Assembly: GCF_006345805.1 (NCBI RefSeq)
Contig: NC_043007.1
Location: forward strand, 8,556,001 to 8,620,000
DNA from: Octopus sinensis
Taxonomy: Eukaryota
Direction of reading: 5' to 3'
Length of the DNA: 64,000 bases
Shown here: positions 27,101 to 40,238 of the stretch, one piece after another
How positions within the stretch are numbered: the first letter of the stretch is position 1
Layout: each line of letters starts with the position of its first letter
Program-made: the position numbers and the translations under genes
The notes under the pieces: model-generated
Seen by the model: only the letters and a program-made list of their open reading frames with translations
Databases searched by the model: none
Told to the model about the DNA's origin: nothing

Positions 27101-30100
27101 GACCCTCTGGGTACCATTTAGTGGACTGCAGCATAGGACGGCATACACCGACAATACATGTCATGCAAGCAATCAGACGATGTGGCTCTGTTAATGTCTC
27201 CATGGCAGGGTACATTCTGGAAGGAGAAAGGACAATTCTTCATTTTTTGGCGGGGAGGGGATTTTTTTTTTTTATTGATGATGAATCAACTTTCAATATC
27301 ATTATTAAGAATACTTCTAATATGAATCAACATGGGGTCTTCCACAGAAACATCTGGAGACACCAAATGATGCCTATCTTAAGAACTCAGATGACATTAT
27401 GGATCAAATCCTTAATTGGATGATATCAAATTCGAATGGTGTTAACTAATTAATAGAAGTGTTTTACTAATATCTAAAAGTTCCATTCGAGCATGACTGA
27501 TGCCAGTGTTGCTTGACTGGCACCCATGCTGGTGGCACATAAAAAGCACTATTTGAACGTAGTCAGTGCCAGTACCACCTGACTAGCTCCTGTGTTGGTG
27601 GCACACAAAAAGCACCATTTGAGCGTGGTCAATACCAGTGTTGCCTGACTGGCTCCTGTGCCGGTAAAAAGCACCCACTACATTCTCAGAGTGGTTGGTA
27701 TTAGGAAGGGCATCCAGCTGTAGAAACTGCTAAATCAGATTGGAGCCTAGTGCAGCCTTTTGGCTTGCCAGTCCTCAGTCAAACTGTCCAACCCATGCCA
27801 ACATGGAAAGCGGACATATGATGATGATGATGGATTATGAACTAAAGGAAGATATATGAGAGTTTGAGCAAGAACAAATTATTTGACTCTTGACGAAACT
27901 GAAGCAACAAAGAAGTAAAGATTGTTTGCCATAACATGGCAGTCGTGGTTTAGGATGAATGTTGCTGTAATTTAGTCCCAGGAGACATCGTCTCCAGCTG
28001 GCTATATAAAATTACAGCAACATTCGTCCTAAACCAGGACTGCCATGTTATGTTGGCAAACAATCTTTACTCCAAAGTACTGTTGCTGAATATCTCTCAT
28101 TATGATACTTAAAAATAGTAATTTTCTAAAAGCACAAAGGTTTTATTTCTGAGAATGACACAGCAGAAGGTATCTGTTGTTACCAACGTTTGAATCAATT
28201 TGCTCCAGCACCACTGAAATGAATCCAAGTCTGCCAAACGACAGGTGATAAATTTTACACCTGAACTACTGGAGAAAATAGTATTTAAATGTGTGTGTGT
28301 GTGTGTGCTCACTAGATGCTACTTTACACAATGGAAATCATCACAACAGATTGATTGGAGAAATATACAATGATGGCAACTCATCATCATCATCATTTAA
28401 TGTCCGCTTTCCATGCTGGCATGAGTTGGACAGTTTGACAGGAGCTGGCAGACCAGAAGACTGCCCCAGGCTTCACAGTTTGCCTTGGCATAGTTCTTAT
28501 GGCTGGATGCCCTTCCAAATGCCAACCACTTTACAAAATGGCCTGGGCGCTTTTTATGTGGCACCAGCAAATAAGAAATTCTCATTGGGGTTAAGACACA
28601 GATATCAATATAAATACATATATGTACAAATGGGAGAAAGTATACTCAATACAGGTTGTAGAGTATCTAATTGTTCAAAGATGAGGATTCACTCTGTTGC
28701 TACGCAGATAATTACAAGAAACTTACCTTTCAAGAAATGCTGGTAAAATTATCTCTGGCCGCAAGCATGCTAGGTGCTTTAGTGCAACAGATGCATCGTG
28801 CATGCCATACTTGCCAAACATGGCCATGAAAACGACTGGTTTGATGCTCAACACAAATTTGGTGATGTCGTCTTCTGTTAGTTTATGGGATTGAGGAACT
28901 GGTGTCTTCCAGCTTTTCGGTGCTACTCTTTCTCTGAAATAAAAACAAACAGTAATAACTTCTAAATTATCTAAGAAAAGCAGTTTTATAAAATGAAAAA
29001 GATTTAAATCGACCAAATCAGCCTAAATACTTAAAATTCATTTTATCAGTCTTTCATCATCGTTAAACGTCCATTTTTCAAGCCCTGACACCTTGTCCTA
29101 ACCATTGTTATCTCTCTATCCAGTTATTCCCAATCACCTCTGTATGTGGGATAGCCATGTATCTCCTCTATAACAAGACACCTTTTACTGTTCCTATCTC
29201 TCAGCCCCTCAACACCTGGCATAAAGCCACCTCCCTAACGCCTACATCTCCATTCAAGGAAATTTTGTTTGTTGTCTTGCAAGTTACATGGTAACACTAC
29301 AAGTGCTGGTGCCACAAAAAAAGCATCCAGTCACTCTGCAAAGCAGTTGGTATAAGGGAGGTCAACCAGTTGTAAAAACCATGCCAGAGCAGACACTGGA
29401 GCTCAAGGCAGTCCCTGCAGCTCATCAGATCCTCTCAAATCATCCAACCCATATCAACATGGATGACAGATATCAAACGCTGATGATGATAACTTTTTCA
29501 GAGTCAGCATTCTCAAGGCAACATATGTTGATATATAGAATCTTCAGGTAATTTTCTTTCCCAAAAGTAACAGGTCATGAATGTTCCAAGTGTATTAGTC
29601 ATCATTGTTAGAAATTCCATAATTCAAGTCCTGTCCAACCAGTAAAAACATGGGAAAATGGACACAAAAATGATGATGATGATGATGGGATCCCAGTGCA
29701 TATGAGTCAATTTCTGGTTGACAAACACAACAATACACAAGTAAATTGTTATTGATATATCTGTTTCTATTCGTTCTCTGAAAGTGAAGTGATATAATTT
29801 TCCTGGCTATTTAATGGGACACTGGGAATGAGATATCAGTCTATAAATAACTGGAGTGACTAGTGTTGCCCTGGGCCCTTAAGCCTTGATGGAGTCATTG
29901 TGACATCTAGCATGTAATTGGCATTTTTACACATGGCAAAACCTATCCATGTGCAAGTATGACCACAGCTGATTTATTTATCAATGCCCCCTGACTGGCT
30001 CCTGTTTCAATGCCAGTGACCCCTGACTGACTCCCATGCTGGTGCCACATAAAAAACACCCACTACACTCTCACAGTGGTTGGTATCAGGAAGATCATCT

Positions 30101-33100
30101 AGCTGTAGAAACATTGCTAGATCAGATTGGAGCCTTGTGCAGCCCACTGGCTTGCCAGACCTCAGTCAAACCGTCCAACCCATACCAGCATGGAAAGTGG
30201 ATGTTAAACGATGATGATACTGATGATGATGAAAGAGAACCAATCTCAGTATGTAATTTAGTGATACCAAATAATGATGAAAAGCAATGTTGATTTGAGC
30301 AGGATTTGAACTCAGAGAGCAATAACTGGAACTGACATTGCAAAGCATTTTGTCTGATGTTTTAACAACTTAGCCAATTCATGGCCTTCCAGCACAAAAA
30401 TTTTAAAAGCTCAATTCTACAACAATCTGGATTTTGCATCTTTCAATAAAACAACAATGGCATTTATTCCTTACATTGATGTAGTACGATGCCACAAGTT
30501 TGTAAGGAGAAGGTTAGAGTCAAAACGAGCTAAAATCTCTAGCTACCTACCCCAAAAATAACATCAAATAAGAATATAAAAAACACACAAGAAAACTTAT
30601 ACAATTACCTGTGTAACCGTTTGATGAATAACCTTGGAAATGTCACTAAAAGATTTGATAGTTTCAGCTGAAAATAAAATTAACAAATAAACAGAAATTA
30701 GATACATCAGAATGAATGATAAATCTGATTTGTCGAAATTGTAATTTAAGTTTATCATGAAAAATGATTAAGAGTCTGAAATGAAAGAATTTTATAGCCA
30801 TTAATCTCATTGATGTGAGTGAATTAGTCTTTTACAAAACGATTCAATAATATGATTTATTTTTTTTTAAATATCTAAATAGCAAATATATTACGAACAC
30901 AAACCAGTGGTGAAAGCTATTTTCATAAGCTCATGAGGTCCACAGCACCTGTGGGTGAGTCAATGACAGTTGAATACAAAGTAACCCAAAGTCCACTACC
31001 CATCATAACATAACTCTGTTTCTGAAGATACCCCAAGGGATGTGCAATGGCTTCTTCACAATACTAAAATAGCTTTCACGTACTAGCAAAGGATACAAAT
31101 CTACAACGTAAGACAACCTATGCAAAAAGCAGAATCCACCCTTATTTCAAGCATTCTTCTTTCTTACTAGTTTTGGAGGCCCTGTAAAGTTGTCACAGGC
31201 ACTACCTTCTTTCTCAACTAAAAGATGAGAAAAATGAGAAAAAAGGATGAAAGGGAGGATCTTTTATATGGTTATTTGACCAGCTAGAAATAACAGCTCA
31301 AATCGCCACCCCCTGTAAAAAGGAGAAAAAGAAAGGGTAATAGGGGTAGATGGTGATGGCTGGAATTTTTGAGATCGTTGGACAGATTGGTCAGGGTTTA
31401 ACCACCATAATTACATAAAAAAAAAATAAGAGATCCATTTCCATTTTACATCTACTCCATTGATGAAACATTGGTAAGAAATTGGTTACTTACATTCCAG
31501 CGACCAGTATTGGATGGGTGATAGAAAGTTTTCAAGGTCTCGAACAATTTGTCAATGTGCTCTTGAACTGAGCTGTTGTTTTTATCCTTTGAGGAAGAAA
31601 GGAAATGCAGCAAGATTAACAACAAACAGAAATAGCAATGAAGACATGTAAAAGACAAAAATATTGTAGGGAAATAAAACCATCATCATCATCGTTTAAT
31701 GTTCGCTTTCCATGCTAGCACGGGTTGGACAGTTTGACTAGAAGTGATGAGCTGGGATGGGGGGGGGGGGCTGCACCAGGTTCCAATCTGATTTGGCATG
31801 ATTCCTACAGCTGCATGCCCTTCCCAATGCCAACCACTCCAAGAGGGTAATGGGTACTTTTACATGCCACTGGTACAGGTACCATTTACATGACACCGTC
31901 AACAACCACAATTCATGGGTGGTTGCAGTTTACCTGGTACCGGCAACAACCCCGACGATTCATGGGTGCCATTTGCATGGCACTGGTAATGACTACGACC
32001 AACGACCATGATCCCCAAGGTGCCAATTTACATGACACCAGCATCAACCACGACAATTCAAGGGTACCGTTTATATGGTACCATCAACGATCACGACTAG
32101 TGAGTAAGAGAGTAAAATCAATAGCAGTGCTCTCTTTTTTTTTTTGTAGGTTTGGTCTGGAGAAAGAGTCTATAGTGATGAACTTTGCAGGTCATCTTAG
32201 ACAAGTGGGACATTGTTGTAGCTGATACTCATCCTGAACAACTACAGAAGCTACAGAAGAGACACAAGTAGGGGTGTAATTCCAGAAGGAGGACATTCTG
32301 ATGAAAAAGGAGTGGATAAAGTTATTAATGCTGAGGCTACAAAGGGTAGATAGAATGGGGGTAACAAAAGAAGTAGGAACAAGTGGACTTAGGTGGAAGG
32401 AACACAAGACTAAATAGTCCCTAGGAGTAGCAGCCACTACAGTAGCAGTAGAAAGGGCAACATGAGGAGACAATGCTTCTGTAAGTCAGAGCATGAAGAG
32501 TGATGATAGTAACTTGATGTTAATTCAAGTAACTTTATGGATGTAGTCTAGAATGGTTGGGTGTCTAACAGCAGCACCATCCTATATATGAGAGGATATG
32601 TAGCTTTGGTTGACCCAGGTGTCACACATTTGCCCCAAGGTGTCACACAGTGGGACTGAACCCTGGACCATATGGTTGGGAAGCAAACTTTTTACTACAA
32701 CTTGGAATAATGTCCAACACTTGTAAAGCCTCACTAAATAATGTTCAGATTAACATCAGTGACTAAAGTATTTATAATATAACACCAACTAAAATGTTGT
32801 TTGTTCATTATCCCATCTTTGTTGTTCTACCATATCTCTAATGATGGTGGTGGTGGTAGTGGTGTATGGTTGAAATCAACTGGTCCCTTGAACCAAGGAG
32901 ACTGCTTCTGTTAGACTTTCCATTGCTGATACTTAATGGTTGTAAATCTCGACAGACGTCCCACCATTTTACACCTCCTCCTCAACTCAGAATACACAAA
33001 GCCAGAATGGAAACTACAAGAACATCTGATCTGCTACTGAACCAATTCTGCCAATTTACTACCTCTGGACTGGTTCTTTATTTAGTGGCCCCGAAAGGAT

Positions 33101-35231
33101 GAGAGGTACAAGTTGACCTTGATATGATTTGAACTCAGAATGCAGAGAGTTGGAAAATATATTGCAAAGCATTGTATCCAACAATATAATTATTTCTTTA
33201 TTGCCCACAGGATGCTAAACATAGAGGGGATAAACAAGGACAAACAAAGGGATTAAGTCAATTACATTGACCCCAGTGCGTAACTGGTACTTATTTAATT
33301 GATCCCAAAAGGATGAAAAGCAAAGTCGACCTCAGCAGAATTTGAACTCAGAACATAACAGCAGACAAAATACTGCTAAGCATTTCCCCCAGCATGCTAA
33401 CGATTCTGCCAGCTCGCCACCAACAATATAATGACACTACCAATCCTGAAGTAAAAGAACTCAATTCTGAACAATGGTCCACACACAGATGTATACATTA
33501 AGAATGTTGTATAACCAATAAGTAATTCTTCAGATGACAGTGTTAGTCTCAAATCTGATCATGAAAATGTTGACAGCAACATGACCCATTGTATCCTTCC
33601 AAAGAAGACCCTGTTTCCACTGCAGCCCCCAAATCTGCATTAAACAGATAGCATATACCATACAAGAGGATTTATAAGAGTAGGCTAAAAGATTTGGGAT
33701 ATATTGAGTACACAGTGTAGTGTGTAGACAGCATTTCCTCAATTACTATTTCATTTAATTATTACCAACAAAGTGCAGTAAGTTAATTATTAGTTTTAAC
33801 CTTTGCAGTCAGTGAATCTTGTCGCAAACAAAAGTTTGTGACAAAGTCTTTTAAACATCCCCAAATAACCAGTGTTGTGTTCTCTGTAATGAAGGAAATT
33901 AATTATAGAGTAGCCGTTAGCAATGATTTCCAGCAGGTTGAAACACATGCTGCATCAATAGTTAAGAGTGTGGTGTAGAAGAGAGAGAGCTCTGTTTCTG
34001 TGGTTTACATAAAAAAAAAAATCATGAATGGAAACCTTGCATAAAGCCACTTGCATAGACACACACGCTTCAATAAATTCTGGAAGGAGGATTCTGCCAA
34101 TAAAAACACACCGCTCTTAGTCAACATCTTTATTGTTGACCAAACCAGGGCAAGACATTAAAATGCATCTTGTGCTGAGGATTTCAGAGAAGTATGAAGT
34201 GACCCCAACTGTCACATCTTGAAGGTCCTCTCTGGTCTGAGGTGATGGGACTTGTCAAAGGGCCCCGTTCCGACAAGATGCTTTGTAGATATTAATATCT
34301 GAAGATACTGATGCCAAGTTGTAATGGCCTTAAGCAATAACCTTTCTTTTCAACAACATGGAGAAGGGAAATTTGCAGGCATGGACAGCCATCATCATCA
34401 TTTAACATCTATTTTCCTATGCTTGCATGGACAGGATGGAATTCGTTGAAGCAAATTTTCTACAGCTGGATGTCCTTCCTGTCACCAACCCTCACCTGCT
34501 TCCAAGCAAGGTGATACTCCCCTCCACCCCTGGTTATCTTCTTATGGCACACTGAAAATGAATGAATGGTGATGCTTATTTACTACCAGCATAAGATGTC
34601 AAGACAAATGAACACACAAATACATATATGACAGGCTTCTTTCCTTCAACCAAATCAACTCACAAGGCTTTGGTTAGCCCACTTGTCCAGGTATAATACA
34701 GTGGGATTGAACCTGAAACCACAGGGTTGGGCAGCAAGCTTCTCAGCGACACAGCAATGGCTTTGTCTACTCATACATATCAAATAAAGAGAGAGAAATG
34801 TAAAAATAATGATTTTTATCTGTAGCACTGGAAAGAATGTCCCGTAGTATTTGTTTGGGTTCTCTGCACTATGAGTTCAAATCTCACCAAGGCCCAACTT
34901 AGCTTTTGATCTCCCCAGGGGTAATAAAATAAAGAACCGCTCCAGGACAGAAGTGTTAGAGCCTTAGACAAGGTTCCTTGCAGTTTTGAGTTCTGACTGC
35001 AATACCTGTGGCAACACCAACACCAAGTTGTGTAAGTTTTAAGCAGTGATTTTTCTTTTCACAACATTGGTGCTATGAAAAAGGGAAATTTGCATGTATG
35101 GATGACTCTTAATCATCCTCGTAAAAGAAAATAAAGCACTGCACATACATGGTTAACCATGACTGACAGAAATCATCATCATCATATATAACCACACACA
35201 CATTACCATACATATATATACATGCATGTGT

Positions 35232-35288
<57 letters not shown>

Positions 35289-37116
35289 ATATATATATAT
35301 GCTTCTTTTAGTTTCTGTCTACCAAATCCATTCACAAACCTTTGATTGGCCTGAGGCTGTAGTAAAAAGATACTTGCCCAAGGTGCCACATAGTGGGACT
35401 GAACCCACAACCATGTAATTGAGAAGCAAACTTCTTACCACACAGCCACACTTGTGCCTGTATAGAAGCAAGGTAATAGAAACAGAGATGTCCAATGATA
35501 AAGTTTCAAAATGCTAGGTAGAGGTATTGAACTGGAAAATGTCATTACTTACAATCATAGAAATTATCCATAGAACATATGCATTAATATCAACAGTGTT
35601 GTTGGATTGAGTTGCGTTCTTAGAGTTACCGACTGGGAGGTTGAAGCCTTTCAGAAAGCGGGTAAATACCTGAAGGGAAAAAGGGAAAAAAAAAAAACGT
35701 TTTACTTTCGCTATTGTGCCAATCAATTATTCGATGGTGAATTGGAATAAGTGAACGTATTTTTCAGTTCTCCACAAAATAAAACCTCAGGCAAACTATT
35801 TAAAGTAAAGATTGTTTGCCAACATAACCTGGCAGTCCTGGTTTAGGACGAATGTTGCTGTAATTTAGCCCCAGGAGACATCGTCTCCAGCTGGCTATAC
35901 GACACGGTCTGTGTCCCTATATCATCAAACTATTTAAATGTTGTGAATGTAAGAATAATTTACAAATTCTGCAGTGTGAATATGTGAATAGACAGTGTTT
36001 GAAGATTATTAGCTGCAATGAAATTTTGAATATGGCCAAGAGGTTTCAAATATCACACTTGTGATTGCAAGACTGTGGTTTCAATTCCTAGACCAGGCAG
36101 TGCATTGCATTCTTCAGCAAAGCACTTCAAAAGGGAAACAGTGCACCTGTACAGGCAATTTCAATTCGATGGAGGTAATGAGACAATGCACAGCACAAAC
36201 CTCTGATTGCTATAAACAAGTCATCTGTGCAGGTAGTTGCTGAGCAAAAGATTGCAGAACCTTCGTTCGTTGTCTACAACAGACGAGACCATGAAGCAAA
36301 ATGAGCTAAAAGGAATAAGAGAGTAGCTAGTGGGATGTTTTTGAACAACAAAGATGAATTTGGGTATATTAAGTAATATACAGGGAAAAAAAACCTCTTG
36401 TTTTATTGAAATAATATCCGTTTGCAGAGAGGGTGGACCAACAATTCCAAATGAGAATGGGAGATAATCTCAAGAATCTAAAATTGAAATGCCATTAAGG
36501 AAAAGACTGTGGAAGTGTGTTTCTGCTTCAAAAAGGGATCATATCCCCTTTTATATTATCTATATATATATATATATATATAGCATGTTTGCCTTTTCAT
36601 GTATAAACATGAAGTGCTCAATGTACATGCATGTTACATGTGCAGAGTCTGATAAAGTTCTATGTTGGTAAATAGGGTTATTGATATTTTTGTGTGACCC
36701 CATGCTAACATGGAAAAACAAATGGACATCTGCATGTTCACATTAATCCTGTGTGTGTGTTACATAGGAGTCTTTTTTAATGTGATATACATAGCAAATG
36801 AAATTTTTGGTGAATTTAATATGCAGAGTAATTACAAATTAAAACAGAAGACTGGAATAAATTTTGTGCAACTTTAATTCTATGTTACATGTGTTTCATC
36901 AGAAAACAAGAGTTATAAAGGTAGAAAAACCATGTAAAGAATCTCTTATCTCTAATTCTTCAGGCAAAGATTCAACTGTCTGAAGAATTATGGATAGGAG
37001 ATTCTACATGTTTTGACTAAATGTATACCTAAATATCTTTATCTTGAAATGAAATATATGTAACATGGAATTTAAAATATACCAAACTTTTCCAGTTTTG
37101 TTTATATATATAGAAG

Positions 37117-37151
<35 letters not shown>

Positions 37152-38749
37152 CATTATCATCATTTAACATCTGTTAAGAAGTTAAATCTGTCAATTTAGA
37201 GAAAACAAAATCAATTTGGAATATTTACACGAGGAATGTGAGGAGACCAGTCAATGTAACCAATGTTGTCGTAAGCCAAGCGGGAAATTAAGGATACCAA
37301 ACTCTGAAATAATAAAAAACATAATAAAAACAAATGTGTATAGATAATAGATACACACTCCCACAACTAAATATATATGTGTGTGTAATCAGCATTGCTT
37401 GCAAGGGTCAGATGAAATTTGCAGAGACATATATCCTACAACTAGATGCTCTTCCAGTCACCAACCTTCATCTGAATCCAAGCAAGATAATATTCTCCTC
37501 CTGGCATGAGTGTGTTTTTATGGAAGATTACAGACAAAATAACACTGCTTGTATGACAGTGATGTTTGTTTACAATTACTATGCAATATCAAGACAAGAA
37601 CACAAATAATTTTCATTCCAGTTTCCATTTATTAAATTCACAGACATAGCTTTAATTAGCACAACACTATATGCCCAAGGTGCCATGCAGTGGGACTGAA
37701 CCTGGAACCATATGGTTGTGAAGAGAAATTTATAATATATGTATATATATAACTTATGAAATTGTAATGGTAGGGTGGACTATTTTTGGATAAACTGAGA
37801 ATGGTGCAAGAATGTTAGTGTGAGGGAAATGAGGTGGCATAGGGAGAGTGACTGATATCAGGAAAGGGGAGAACAGAGTTGTGTAAGTGACAAATGCGGA
37901 GTGGCAGTGGAATAGTAATGTTAATACAGCTGTCATTCAGGGATACACATATGCGCGCTTTCAATCAGTTTACAAAGCCAAGTCGTAGCAGACAGATGAC
38001 AACTAATGTAAACAGTGTTTGTGTGTATGCATGTATGTCACACCCTGTCACATTTAAGAAAAGGAATGATTTTGACCAAAGGTTTACTCTCTTAACATGT
38101 ATACACATACACTTATGACATTACACGCATGAAAGGAAGTAACTTAATCCTACAACAGCTATATTTGTGATTAAACCAAACTCATTCCTTCCTTCTCCCT
38201 CTCTCTACACACACACATCTTTCATATCATGCTCTTTCTCTCACTCTACACACACATCTTTCATACCACGCTCTATCTTGCTTTGTCCTCTGTTTGTCTC
38301 TCTCTCTCTCTCTCTCTCTCTACGTCTTTCATATCCTGCACTTTCTCACTCTCCCGAGGGTTAGCATTTAATGTTAGGGTTTTGTGTAGGCACTTAGGAT
38401 TACAATTCTGAGTCAGGGTAAGGATTATGGTTAAGGAGAAATTGAAAAGAGATTCAAAAGATTTGAACTTGTGTGCAATTTTTTACAGAATTAAACTTGC
38501 ATATATTTGGAATTTGGATATCAAACAAAAATACATTCTTAAGAGAAGAAAAATAAAAAACTCTACAAAATGTTATTAGTCCAAAATTTCACTGAGTGTT
38601 TTTTTGCGAAGAGATTTACAGTAAGTAAAATAAAGAGCTTTGTGATGTTACTCTTAATTTGGGCATCAGGTATTTCAGCGAGTATATATCATCATCTTTT
38701 AATGTCCACCTTCCATGCTAGCCTGGGTGAGACACGCACACTCATATAT

Positions 38750-38805
<56 letters not shown>

Positions 38806-38830
38806 TATTATGAGTATTTATGTATGCGTG

Positions 38831-38891
<61 letters not shown>

Positions 38892-39597
38892 TATACAAAC
38901 ACATATATATATATAAAGAAATATATATATATACATATATACATACATACACACAGAAGTATGTGTAAAATGTATACATGTACATGTCTGTATGTGTAGA
39001 TGTTTGTATTCTTGTTGATATTTGCGCTTCCCAAAAGAAAAAAAAATCACAGAACAGCAAGGGATGATGATGTTTTTTCCCCTGTCAACAAAATTATCCA
39101 CTGGTTCTGCATTTTCAAAGACAGGTGGAATAAGAGACATCTTACTAGAAGAGCAGGTAAGGGTCTTTGGTTATAAAACAATGCCTCAATAGCATATTCA
39201 TCTAACCCATGCTGGCATGGAAAAACAGATATTAGAGATATAGGAATGGTAAATTCAGAATAACAAAATTAAAAGCAACAGTTTGTGTAGGGAAAAAATT
39301 AAGATTCTTACATATTCACATCCAGAAGAGTTTAAGGTTGTCCAAAGCGACATGATTTCATCAAACCATATTCTACAATACACATAGAAACATAGCTTAG
39401 TTAATAATTTCTAAAAAGGTGCATGGCTTAATGGTAAGGGTGTTGAAGTCATGATCGTAAGATTGTGGTTTTGATTCCTGGATTGGGTGATGTATTGTGC
39501 TTTTGAGCAGAACACTTGATTTCACGTTGCTCCACTCCACTTGTAAAAATGTGTAATCCTGAGATGGATTGGTGTCCTGCCCAGGGAGGGAGGGAGG

Positions 39598-39633
<36 letters not shown>

Positions 39634-40193
39634 ATATATGTGTGTGTACATATATATATATATATATATAGTACGTTTAAATATTTGTTGTGCAAGATTT
39701 TTTATGTGAAGTCGTGTGTTGAAACAGATATTGTTATATTTCGGAATGGTCATTTTGGCAGTTTAGCCAATAAAAACACACGCACTATATATTTGGTGTT
39801 ACTTTGCTTCAGTGTTATTTATTTTTTACATTAATCTTAATCTTATTTCAGCCAGAGTTTTTTCGTCATACTCCTGTGACCGCATCAGTGGTCCTTTGTT
39901 TTCTTCTTTCTTATTTGTGTCTCTCCTTACTAACCGTCAGCCATTTTGTATTTCTATTGTATGTCTTCATTTGTGCATGCTTATATCTCTATGTGCGTCT
40001 ATGTTTATTTAGTGTGTGTGTGTGGGGGGATGCCTGTAATATTTGTATCTTCTGTTTATATACGTTCATGTAATTTGTATTTTGTTTTTTCTTATTTTGT
40101 TCATGTGTTTACATCCACTTATTATTATCATTACATATGCTTGTATGTATGTATAACAACAATACTAGTAATAATAATAATAAATCAAATTGA

Positions 40194-40238
<45 letters not shown>

